Part shown: positions 9,938 to 18,806 of the stretch, one piece after another | How the letters are laid out: each line of letters starts with the position of its first letter | Position numbering within the stretch: position 1 is the first letter of the stretch | Origin: Phycisphaeraceae bacterium | GTDB lineage: Bacteria > Planctomycetota > Phycisphaerae > Phycisphaerales > Zrk34 | Assembly: GCA_040905565.1 (NCBI GenBank) | Contig: JBBDRF010000087.1 | Span: 1 to 64,000 of the forward strand | Reading direction: 5' to 3' | Length of the DNA stretch: 64,000 bases | Program-made: the position numbers and the translations under genes | Notes under the pieces: generated by a model | What the model saw: the letters and a program-made list of their open reading frames with translations, nothing else | Database searches by the model: none | Told to the model about the DNA's origin: nothing

Positions 9938-10066
9938 GCTGCCCGGAGCGGCTTGTCCAGTAGGCGGCGTCCGCGGATTTGTTGGGGGAGCTCTCGGAGC
10001 CTTTCGCCTGACGAACGGCAAGGCGAGCGTTTGCCGTGCGTCTGATGGCTGCGGTAAATTGCTGAT

Positions 10067-11047
10067 ATGACCGTTGAGTACGCCACGAAAGTTCACCGCC
10101 TGCTTCGCCTGCTTACCCTTATGCAGCAGGGGGAGGCGGGGAATGCGGGGGCGCTCGCGGATCGGCTACAGGTGACCGAGCGGACGGTGTATCGTGATCT
10201 GGCGGTGCTGACCGATCTGGGCGTGCCTCACTACTTCGATGACGAAGATGGGCGGTATCGGGTGCGGAAGGATTTCTTTCTGCCACCTCTGCAGCTCAGT
10301 GCGGGCGAGACGCTGGCCCTGTTGAGCCTGGCGAACGGGAGCGGGGGCGATGAGCAGATTGCACTCACCGGAGCGGCGTCGCGGGCGATGGAGAAGATTC
10401 GGGGACAGCTGCCGCAGCGGGTGCTCGATAAACTCGGTGATGTGCATGAGCACATCGACGTGAAGCTGCCGGCGAGCGGCCCGGCCGGCGAATCGATCCG
10501 TGACGTGTTCGGCCTTGTCCAGCAGGCGATCCGCCAGCGGCGGGCGCTGCGATGCTGCTACGAATCACTCAACAGCGAAACCGATGATCGGCCGTTTGTG
10601 TTTCGGCCGTTCGCCTTGGCGTTTGATCAACGGGCGTGGTACGCGATCGGGCACCACGACGGCCGCGGCGAAGTGCGTCGGCTCAAGCTCAACCGCTTCG
10701 TCGCTGTCGACCAGACGGACACGCCCTATGCCATCCCCGACGACTTCTCGCTCGCTGAGTACCGCGGCAAGGCCTGGCGGATGATCCGGGGCGACACGCT
10801 GTACACGATCACGATCGACTTCACCGCCGACGTCGCCGAAACGGTGAGCGACACCAATTGGCATCCGACCCAGCAGATCGACGACCACCCCGACGGCTCC
10901 ATCACCTTCCACTGCGAAGTCGCAGGCCTCGACGAAATCGTCTGGTGGCTGCTCGGCTACGGGCCGCATGCGCACGTGCGGGAGCCGGCGGAACTCACCG
11001 AACGCGTGGCGGAGCTGGCGCGGGCGACGGTAAAACGCTACTCCTAG
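10067..11047 (+). CDS. HTH-WYL-WCX transcriptional regulator (YafY/PafBC/DriD-like)
   Basis: LADRLQVTERTVYRDLAVL wHTH; RPFALAFDQRAWYAIG...RRLKLNRF WYL; WLLGYGPHAHVREPAEL WCX. Confidence 0.93.
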   Translation: MTVEYATKVHRLLRLLTLMQQGEAGNAGALADRLQVTERTVYRDLAVLTDLGVPHYFDDEDGRYRVRKDFFLPPLQLSAGETLALLSLANGSGGDEQIALTGAASRAMEKIRGQLPQRVLDKLGDVHEHIDVKLPASGPAGESIRDVFGLVQQAIRQRRALRCCYESLNSETDDRPFVFRPFALAFDQRAWYAIGHHDGRGEVRRLKLNRFVAVDQTDTPYAIPDDFSLAEYRGKAWRMIRGDTLYTITIDFTADVAETVSDTNWHPTQQIDDHPDGSITFHCEVAGLDEIVWWLLGYGPHAHVREPAELTERVAELARATVKRYS

Positions 11048-11556
11048 TGAGTTCGGAACGTGTTCCATTCGGCCGTCTTCAACTCCATTGCTGCGTAAGC
11101 CTCAAACACGTGCAACTCGAGGTCGTTCGTAATTTCCACGAATACAGCGTTCATCCGCTGGATGCGCTTTTGTGCCTTGTCAAATTCCTTTCGGAACCAT
11201 TCGGTCTTCATGGCCTCCGCACGCTTCATCCCGTGGTCGTCCCCGTTGCAAGCCATCCGGTATGCGAGGCTGGCATCGAAGTGCGACCGGCCGCGAACGT
11301 GTTGCCGCAGTCGACTGAGCACACTACGGGAGATGCCGATGTAGCAAGGCGTCTTTTTCTCGATCAGGACGTAACAGCCCTGGAAGTCGCTGGGTCGCTT
11401 TAACTCTTTGGCGAGCGTTGCCGGACCAACCCGATCCCGAGCGAAGCGCGACATCGGCTCCGGCGACTGAAGGTCATCCTGAAGCCTCTGCATGTACCGA
11501 GGAAGAATATCAGTTGCTAAAGTTTTGAATGAATGTTTGCAGCCGTCGATGGGCAT
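11044..11556 (-). CDS. GIY-YIG nuclease family protein
   Basis: GCY-x9-YIG, RLRQH, conserved E (FEAY) and N (WN). Confidence 0.85.
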   Translation of the reverse strand: MPIDGCKHSFKTLATDILPRYMQRLQDDLQSPEPMSRFARDRVGPATLAKELKRPSDFQGCYVLIEKKTPCYIGISRSVLSRLRQHVRGRSHFDASLAYRMACNGDDHGMKRAEAMKTEWFRKEFDKAQKRIQRMNAVFVEITNDLELHVFEAYAAMELKTAEWNTFRTH

Positions 11557-11630
11557 GGAAGTCCTTTCGCAAGCTAGCCTCGTTCGGCTGGGTTTCGTTC
11601 GATCAGAGCAGCTGTGACTACCCATTACCG

Positions 11631-12914
11631 TCAGGTGTCATTTTGCTCTCGATCGACAGCCTCGGAAAAGCGCGTCGCTGATCGGGCGACGATATCAAGC
11701 CACTCCCGCTTCTTGGGTATCAGTTCTGACAGGCGGATGGCGTCGTTGAACGGCTTTGGCCCGGTCGCGACATCGTAGTAAATTCCGCCAACTTTTGAAC
11801 GGAACTCTCGTCGCTGTGCGCCTGGCACTAACCTCGCGACGTCATCCATGTATCTCTGCCATAGATCGTCTGGCAAGTCCATTTGTCGACAGCGTTGCCG
11901 GTAGCGGCCCATCTCCGTCAGACGACCGTCCCGGTATAGCTGGAATAGGGTGAGGTTCATTCCGGTATCCGGATCCTGATACTTGACGACCGGCCCGCCT
12001 GTTGCCTTCCAATCTACCCACCATCCGAGCCGCTCAGTTTCATCAAGCGTCCACTTTGCAAACTCCTTTACCTCGCTGCCGGCCTTTTCTTCCAACTCCT
12101 CGAAGAATTGTTGCTCAGTGATTGGCTCACGAGCTGTGGATGCTGGCGAGGATGTGTCTGCCGGAAGTGTGACTCGGACATCACTCGGCGCCACCCCTGT
12201 ACGCACCTCGACAACGGCGCGGGTGATCTGCTGCGTGCGCGCGATGATGCGAGGCTGGACCAACATCGGATCCTGCTTATCGGCGCTAAGTGGGTACAAC
12301 GCGATTTCAATGAGCCCAAGCGTGAAGCCCAACTGAGGCGTCTGCTGCAGGTATGCGGCCAGCTGCTCCACATCCTCCCGGATTCCATCGCCAACGATCA
12401 ACAGCAGGAACCGACCGTGCCGAAGATTCCGGGAGAGTTGATCGTGGAACTCCGCTTCGTCGAATTCGTCGTCTGCCTCGCGGGCGAGTTCCAGAACCGG
12501 ATCCTGCACGTCGCTCCAGTCACCATTCGAATGCTCGGCTCGCCGAACTGCCTGCACGAAATCATCGTAACTCCAGCGAGCCATTTCCTTGGCATAATCA
12601 ATGATCTGAGCCACAACCGTTCGCCGAGCGGTCGGGTTGCGCCACAACTTGGTTTCCACCAAGGCCAGATGGCCGTCGGCGGTCTGGTAGAGCAGATCAA
12701 TGGGACCGGCGCGGGTAGGAACCTCCCGCGCCAGCGGGATGAGGTCGGCGAAGATCGGCTCCAGTTCCCCGGCAGGCAGTAGGCAGGGGTGCTTGAAGAG
12801 CATGTCCTGCAGTTTTGATTCGTCGAATGCTCGATCTTCGAGAGACAGGCGCTGAAGTTCGTTTGCCTCTCCATCATTGATAAGCAGCGGCGTCGAAAAT
12901 TGGCGACGAGGCAT
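11631..12914 (-). CDS. PD-(D/E)XK nuclease (NucS/EndoMS-like N-terminal domain) with unknown C-terminal domain
   Basis: E..LQ..L, REVPT.AGPIDLL...LVETK...VVAQIIDYA. Confidence 0.75.
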   Translation of the reverse strand: MPRRQFSTPLLINDGEANELQRLSLEDRAFDESKLQDMLFKHPCLLPAGELEPIFADLIPLAREVPTRAGPIDLLYQTADGHLALVETKLWRNPTARRTVVAQIIDYAKEMARWSYDDFVQAVRRAEHSNGDWSDVQDPVLELAREADDEFDEAEFHDQLSRNLRHGRFLLLIVGDGIREDVEQLAAYLQQTPQLGFTLGLIEIALYPLSADKQDPMLVQPRIIARTQQITRAVVEVRTGVAPSDVRVTLPADTSSPASTAREPITEQQFFEELEEKAGSEVKEFAKWTLDETERLGWWVDWKATGGPVVKYQDPDTGMNLTLFQLYRDGRLTEMGRYRQRCRQMDLPDDLWQRYMDDVARLVPGAQRREFRSKVGGIYYDVATGPKPFNDAIRLSELIPKKREWLDIVARSATRFSEAVDREQNDT

Positions 12915-13036
12915 GCGACTTCCTCAGAGTATGGCGAAACAGCATCGAAACTCATCAACGAAGATGGACTTTATCCGAAGCACTATCGCCAAAGCATTGC
13001 GGTTGTACAAGCCGCTGACCCGCAAAATTCGACCCG

Positions 13037-13069
13037 CTGACATAGCGCTGTCAGTGGCATCTGTATCGT
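13037..13069 (+). promoter_or_regulatory. Perfect palindrome CTGACA-N6-TGTCAG followed by -10-like TATCGT
   Basis: CTGACATAGCGCTGTCAG at 13037-13054; TATCGT at 13064-13069. Confidence 0.6.
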
Positions 13070-13075
13070 GGTCGT

Positions 13076-13375
13076 AGACCCGCAGGGAAGCGGGGTTGGG
13101 AGCCTCACGATGGACCGTGTGGAGAACGTGCTGAGGCCGCCGAGGCTTCGGGAAACCGGCGATGGTATCGAGCGGTTGAGGAGATGGTGCGTGCGTCGCA
13201 CGGAGCGAGATGGGCGATTGGCTGCCGTCCGGGGTAAGCCAATCGCCCCGCGAAATCTCGCTCGCCTGTTCGCCCGCCGCTGGTCACGGTTCTCGGCTCA
13301 TCCGGCAAGGGAAATGGATAACGGCTCTGGCGGCGGCTCCACGTGAGGGGCCCGCGTCGGAGCCGACGCAACTGG
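13076..13375 (+). ncRNA. Candidate structured non-coding RNA or long 5' leader
   Basis: Consecutive hairpins, including a 9+12 bp stem at 13203-13263; GGA-containing loops; no convincing ORF. Confidence 0.45.
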
Positions 13376-13387
13376 AAAGGGGTAAGC

Positions 13388-13642
13388 ATGGAATCCGCTC
13401 GGATCAACACCGTCGTACCAACCAGCCTCAAACGAGCGTTCACCTCGCACTGCCGCCGACGAGGCCTTCGCCAGAACCGCCTGCTCGCAGCCATCATCCT
13501 CACCTACCTGCAGCAGGATCCCTACGAAAAATTCCGAACCATCATCACTTACCACGACTGGCATACCGAACGTGCGATTCGAGCGGGATGGAAACGGGCT
13601 GAATGTGCGAAGGCTGATCGCGCTGACTGTCCCAGGTTTTGA
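13388..13642 (+). CDS. Small ribbon-helix-helix-like DNA-binding protein
   Basis: RBS GAAAGGGG; ARINTVVPTSLKRAFTSHCRRRGLRQNRLLAAIILTYL fits the beta-alpha-alpha pattern. Confidence 0.6.
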   Translation: MESARINTVVPTSLKRAFTSHCRRRGLRQNRLLAAIILTYLQQDPYEKFRTIITYHDWHTERAIRAGWKRAECAKADRADCPRF

Positions 13643-13674
13643 CGTCGCGACGTAACGGCGGGATCATTGGTGTC

Positions 13675-14592
13675 ATGACGCTGGAACGCTACCTCAATCA
13701 GGTTGTTCGCCTTCGCATTGGGCGTGCGGGTGGGCATGAGCGGCCGCACAAGCCGGCGCTTTTGCTTGCTGTGGTTTCGCTGATCGAGTCAGGCCGTCTG
13801 CCCGAGAATCAACTTACCTATGGTCCGGAACTCTTCGAGGTATATCGCAAGTACTTTGAGGTGGTGCAATCCGAGGGGGATGCGATCAACATGCTCGACC
13901 CGTTCTGGCGACTTAAGTCCGACGGTCTCCTTGAGCCCATTCCGCAGAGCGGGTTTGAGAACATCGTGGAGGGACAGGGGACGCCGCCTTCGGTTGGGCA
14001 ATTGCACAAGGCGATCAAGTATTCGAAGCTGCCCGATGAGCTGTTCGCGTTGCTCCAGGATCCTGCGGCACGGGAGGAACTTCGGCAGGCGATTGTCTCC
14101 CGCTACTTCGCGGCGAAGGCGTCAACCCTTGACGATCTTGCACGGCAGGAGCGGTCGATTGGGGAGTACGAGCGACGGCTTGAAGAGGACAAGGAGCAGC
14201 CGCCCGAGCCTGAAGAGCCCGTTCGGGCCCAAGCGTTTCGGCGGGTGATTCTTCGCGCGTACGACTACCGGTGTGCGGCATGCGGCCTTCGGGTTGTGCT
14301 CGACGATCTGGTGCTGGTTGAGGCGGCTCACCTGGTGCCGTGGGCAGTCAGCCGCGATGACAACCCGCGCAATGGGATCGCTCTCTGCAAGAATCATCAC
14401 TGGGCGATGGATCGGTCGCTGATTGCCCCCACGCCACGCATGATCTGGGCTGTCAGCAAATGCCTCGATGAGCGGATTGAAGGTCAACGTGATCTGATCG
14501 GCCTTCGGGACCAGACCGTCATCCCGCCGCGCGATGAACGTTTTCGTCCTACATCTGACGCGCTTTCGTGGCGACAGAAGTACCTTCGCTAA
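13675..14592 (+). CDS. SBD-HNH endonuclease (putative phosphorothioate-dependent type IV restriction enzyme)
   Basis: N-terminal RPHKPALLLAV and PFWRL motifs of the sulfur-binding domain; CAAC...EAAHLVPW...NGIALCKNHH HNH. Confidence 0.8.
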   Translation: MTLERYLNQVVRLRIGRAGGHERPHKPALLLAVVSLIESGRLPENQLTYGPELFEVYRKYFEVVQSEGDAINMLDPFWRLKSDGLLEPIPQSGFENIVEGQGTPPSVGQLHKAIKYSKLPDELFALLQDPAAREELRQAIVSRYFAAKASTLDDLARQERSIGEYERRLEEDKEQPPEPEEPVRAQAFRRVILRAYDYRCAACGLRVVLDDLVLVEAAHLVPWAVSRDDNPRNGIALCKNHHWAMDRSLIAPTPRMIWAVSKCLDERIEGQRDLIGLRDQTVIPPRDERFRPTSDALSWRQKYLR

Positions 14593-14600
14593 GAGGTTGC

Positions 14601-17600
14601 ATGGCTGAGGAAGCAGAACCACGATCGCAAGACCTGACGCCGGGGCTTTACGAGCGGTTGCTGTCGGAGGCGGAACACGGTGCGCTGCAGGTGGGCGATC
14701 CTCGGCTGTATCAACTGGGGAAGGTGGATTCTGAAGATGCTCATGCTGCGGTGGCTCAGTATCTCGAGCATCTTCTGATCAGTTCGCTATCGGCGTTTCG
14801 TGGGAAGGATCGGGCGGATCGGCAGCGACGGCTTGTCGATCGCATCCTCACCACGTTGCGCGAGGAGTTGGGGGAGGACGGGCAGGAGAACATCCGACTA
14901 TCGGATCCGTTGCAGCGGGTGTTGGCGATCCATGCGAAGCCGACTGATCCCCACGAGCGACCGGATACGCCGCTGTCTCGCAGTGCGCTCCTGACGGGCA
15001 CACGCATCGATCCTGCGTTGGCGGTGCAGCTCAAGAAAGAGATCGCGACGGCGGACCGTGTCGACATTCTGTGTTCGTTCATCAAATGGAGCGGGCTGAG
15101 GCTGATTCTCGATGCGTTGCGGGAGCTTTGCGGGCGGCCGGGCGCCGACGGCCCTCGCCTTCGTGTCATCACCACCAGTTACATGGGGGCCACGGACCCG
15201 AAGGCGATCGACACGCTGCTGGAACTGCCGAACGCTGAGGTACGCGTGTCCTATGACACGAAGCGCACACGGCTTCACGCCAAGGCCTACATGATCCATC
15301 GCGATACGGGATTCGGCAGTGCGTACGTCGGCTCAGCGAATCTCTCTCATGCTGCCCTGTCGGAAGGGCTGGAGTGGACCTCGAAGGTGAGCCAGTACGA
15401 GCTGCCGCACCTTTGGCAGAAGATCACGGCGACGTTTGAAACGTACTGGAACGATGACGAATTCGAAGAGTTGACGGAGGCCGGCCGACCGAAGCTGCGT
15501 CAGGCGATTCAGCGCGAACGGATGAGCGGGGATCGCGAGAATGGATCAGCGGTCAACTTTGATCTGCATCCGTATCCGTATCAGGAGGAGATTCTCGACA
15601 TCTTCGCAGCTGAGCGGGAGGTTCGTGATAAGCATCGGCATCTGCTGGTCGCGGCCACGGGCACGGGCAAGACGATGGTGGCAGCGTTTGATTACAAGCG
15701 TTGGCACAATGGGCATCACCCTCGGCCGTCGCTGTTGTTCGTCGCGCATCGCCAGGAGATCCTGAAGCAGGCGCTGGACACCTACCGGGCCGTGCTGCGG
15801 GACCAGAACTTCGGCGACCTGCTCGTCGGCGGCAACGATCCCGAGCAGCACGATCACCTGTTTTGCTCGATTCAAAGCTACAACAGCCGTGGGCTTAACA
15901 CGCTGGCTGCGGATCATTTTGATTACGTGGTTGTGGACGAGTTCCATCACGCCGAGACTGCTTCGTATCGAAACCTTTTGAACCACGTCCAGCCGAGGGT
16001 GCTGCTGGGCATGACAGCCACGCCCGAACGCGCCGACGGGCTAGATGTCTTCCACTGGTTCGGCGGGGAGGCCAGTGCTGAGATTCGACTGCCCGACGCC
16101 ATCAATCGAAGGCTGCTCTGCCCGTTCCAGTATTTCGGCATCAGCGATTCGGTCGACCTGAGCGGCTTGAAGTGGCAGCGGGGTGGGTATCGCGTGGATG
16201 AACTGGATCGCATCTACACAGGCAACGATGTGCGGGCCCAGCTTGTGTTCGACAAGGTGGACGAACTTTTGCTCGATCCGCACCAGGCGCGCGGCCTCGG
16301 CTTCTGCGTGAGCATCGCCCATGCAAACTTCATGGCCCGTTTCTTCAACGAACGTGGCCTGCCCGCTGCAGCGCTGTCGGCAGACACGCCAGCGGACGAA
16401 CGCAGAGAGGTGCAGCATCGTTTGCGTCGGCGGGAGGTCAACTTCATCTTCACCGTCGACCTCTACAACGAAGGCGTCGACATCCCCGAGATCGACACAG
16501 CCCTCTTCCTGCGGCCCACGGAAAGTTTGACTGTTTACCTGCAACAACTCGGGCGAGGGCTGCGCCTGAACGATGACAAAGATTGCCTCACGGTGCTCGA
16601 CTTCATCGGCGAGCAGCATCGTCAGTTCCGCTATGCCCCTCGGCTGCGGGCGTTGAGTACGGAGCCAACCGCCCGCCTGGAGCGCGAGGTCAAACAGGAA
16701 TTCCCGCACCTGCCCGCCGGCTGCGCCATACAGATGGAGCGGGTTGCCCAGCGACGCGTGCTGGAAAACATCCGACAATCCCTTGCGTTGCGTCGGCCAC
16801 AAATGGTGACGGCATTGGCGGAGTGGGGGCGACAGAAGCGTGCGTTGAAACTGCGAGAAGCGATCGACTATCTGCAGGTGGAACTAGATGATCTGCTCAA
16901 GCGGGGGCTGTGGTCCCGCCTGCTCGCCGACGCTGGATTGCGTGAGGATCCGAGCGACACCGACGAACTCATACTGGCCAAAGGTCTCCGTCGCCTCAGC
17001 CATATCGACGACCCGCACCAAATCCGCTTCCTGCTGAACCAACTTCAAGGTAAACCCGTTGAGGATGAGCTTGCTGACCGCCGCCTGACGATGCTCATGA
17101 TGTCGATCTTCGGCGCCGTCGGTGAGCAGTGGAATCTTGAGGAAGCAGCGAGTCGACTGCGTGAGCAGAATCCAGCAGCTTTGAATGATCTGGTCGCATT
17201 GCTCCACCATCGCCTGGACACGGCTCGTGTTCGCGTCGGTCCCCTGGTGCCCCACCTTTCGGGGCCGCTTGCCGTCTACGCCAGCTACACACGCGACGAA
17301 ATCCTCGCCGGCCTAGGTCACTGGACACTGAAGAGGCGCCCGCAGTTCCGAGAGGGTGCGCTGCACCTACCCGAGATCAAGGTCGATGCCTTCTTCGTCA
17401 CGCTTCATAAGACCGAAGACGCCTACTCGCCCACGACGATGTACGAGGACTATGCCCTCAGCGACAGCCTGTTTCACTGGCAAAGCCAAAGCACAACGTC
17501 AGTGGATTCCCCGACGGGCACGCGTTACATCGACCACCGCAAACACGGCTACACGCCCCTCCTGTTCGTCCGCGAGCACAAGCATCTGCCCGGCGGCCTC

Positions 17601-17738
17601 GCAGCCCCATATCACTACCTCGGCCCAGCTGGCTACGTCCGCCACGAAGGCAGCCGCCCCATCAGCATTGTGTGGAAGCTGAAACACCCCATGCCCGCCC
17701 GCCTCTTCCGCGAAACCGGCCGGCAGGCTGCGGGGTAA
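14601..17738 (+). CDS. PLD nuclease-SF2 helicase-DUF3427 protein (SauUSI-like type IV restriction enzyme)
   Basis: RLHAKAY...GSANLS; ATGTGKT, DEFHH, TAT, QQLGRGLR; C-terminal YEDYALSDSLFHWQSQS. Confidence 0.88.
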   Translation: MAEEAEPRSQDLTPGLYERLLSEAEHGALQVGDPRLYQLGKVDSEDAHAAVAQYLEHLLISSLSAFRGKDRADRQRRLVDRILTTLREELGEDGQENIRLSDPLQRVLAIHAKPTDPHERPDTPLSRSALLTGTRIDPALAVQLKKEIATADRVDILCSFIKWSGLRLILDALRELCGRPGADGPRLRVITTSYMGATDPKAIDTLLELPNAEVRVSYDTKRTRLHAKAYMIHRDTGFGSAYVGSANLSHAALSEGLEWTSKVSQYELPHLWQKITATFETYWNDDEFEELTEAGRPKLRQAIQRERMSGDRENGSAVNFDLHPYPYQEEILDIFAAEREVRDKHRHLLVAATGTGKTMVAAFDYKRWHNGHHPRPSLLFVAHRQEILKQALDTYRAVLRDQNFGDLLVGGNDPEQHDHLFCSIQSYNSRGLNTLAADHFDYVVVDEFHHAETASYRNLLNHVQPRVLLGMTATPERADGLDVFHWFGGEASAEIRLPDAINRRLLCPFQYFGISDSVDLSGLKWQRGGYRVDELDRIYTGNDVRAQLVFDKVDELLLDPHQARGLGFCVSIAHANFMARFFNERGLPAAALSADTPADERREVQHRLRRREVNFIFTVDLYNEGVDIPEIDTALFLRPTESLTVYLQQLGRGLRLNDDKDCLTVLDFIGEQHRQFRYAPRLRALSTEPTARLEREVKQEFPHLPAGCAIQMERVAQRRVLENIRQSLALRRPQMVTALAEWGRQKRALKLREAIDYLQVELDDLLKRGLWSRLLADAGLREDPSDTDELILAKGLRRLSHIDDPHQIRFLLNQLQGKPVEDELADRRLTMLMMSIFGAVGEQWNLEEAASRLREQNPAALNDLVALLHHRLDTARVRVGPLVPHLSGPLAVYASYTRDEILAGLGHWTLKRRPQFREGALHLPEIKVDAFFVTLHKTEDAYSPTTMYEDYALSDSLFHWQSQSTTSVDSPTGTRYIDHRKHGYTPLLFVREHKHLPGGLAAPYHYLGPAGYVRHEGSRPISIVWKLKHPMPARLFRETGRQAAG

Positions 17739-17778
17739 GCAGGCTGCGACGAGCGACGCCATGATGTAGACTTTAAGC

Positions 17779-18747
17779 ATGATTGCTATCGAGTTTGCCG
17801 GGGTCCGGCCGCAAGACAGGATGGGCCGTGCGGGGTACGACGCTGAGAAACAGCTCGCGTTTTACCTCAAGCGTGCGTTCGAGGAGCCGGCGTACGATTT
17901 TCGCGTGTTCAACGGCCTTCGCATTGAACGGCACGGGGAAGTCGCTCAGATCGATCACCTCGTTCTCCATCGCTTCGGCTTCGTGCTTGTGGAGTCAAAG
18001 TCGATCGCCGATTCGATCAGCATTAACAGCCACGGCGAATTCACGCGCTGGTTCGGAAAGCGGCCCAGCGGGATGCGATCACCCATTGGGCAGGCCAGGC
18101 TCCAAGCGGATCTGCTGCAAAGCGCGCTCAACGACAAAAAGGAGACTCTGCGCCGAAAGATGGGCATCGGGCCGCTCAAGCGGCAGGGGTATTTCTCTAA
18201 CGACCGGTTCATGGTAGTCGCGGCAATATCTGACAAAGCGCGCATCAACTGCGAAGGCGAACGACCAGCCGAACTCATGAAGGCCGAGGCGGTTGTCTCA
18301 GTCATCCAGAACCGAGTCGACTATCAGCAGTCACTCGCCGGCGTCAAAGGCATCGCCCGTACGATTGCGGACAGAAAGAAGTCGCGCGACTGGGACGAGA
18401 ATTACCTCCCGCCTTTCACAGACGACGAAATCGACGCTATCACTGATTTTCTTGTTGCGGCACACCGTCCGCTCCGACCAGCCACCACAGGATCGGTAGC
18501 CGATGCCGCTCCACCGAGTTCGCCGTCACCTGCCGCGAACGTTCGCCCGTCACCTACCGTTGTGCGAAAGCCTCCCGAGCGCAACCTACGACGCTGGACT
18601 GAGGAGGAAGAACGCCGCCTCCGGGAAGCCTTCGCCGCCGACCGCAGCCCCACCGACCTCGTCGAATCCTTCGGCCGCACGGCCAAGGCGCTGCGCCTTC
18701 GCGCGGTGAAGTTATCGCTGATCTCCGAGCCTGCTGATTGGGCATGA
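17779..18747 (+). CDS. NERD nuclease-domain protein with C-terminal Myb/HTH-like domain
   Basis: AGYDAEKQ, QIDHLVLHRFGFVLVESKS, SPIGQA; Pro-rich linker; RWTEEEERRLREAF...FGRTAKALRLR. Confidence 0.82.
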   Translation: MIAIEFAGVRPQDRMGRAGYDAEKQLAFYLKRAFEEPAYDFRVFNGLRIERHGEVAQIDHLVLHRFGFVLVESKSIADSISINSHGEFTRWFGKRPSGMRSPIGQARLQADLLQSALNDKKETLRRKMGIGPLKRQGYFSNDRFMVVAAISDKARINCEGERPAELMKAEAVVSVIQNRVDYQQSLAGVKGIARTIADRKKSRDWDENYLPPFTDDEIDAITDFLVAAHRPLRPATTGSVADAAPPSSPSPAANVRPSPTVVRKPPERNLRRWTEEEERRLREAFAADRSPTDLVESFGRTAKALRLRAVKLSLISEPADWA

Positions 18748-18806
18748 GGTCCGCCTAGCAATACAACCGCCTCCCATTGCGGTTGGTAGGCGGGGGTTCA
18801 GCCAGA

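Noticed and set aside
13068..13346. 92-aa ORF over the structured region
   Set aside because: No RBS or recognisable motif, Arg-rich composition typical of spurious high-GC frames; strong hairpins explain the region better
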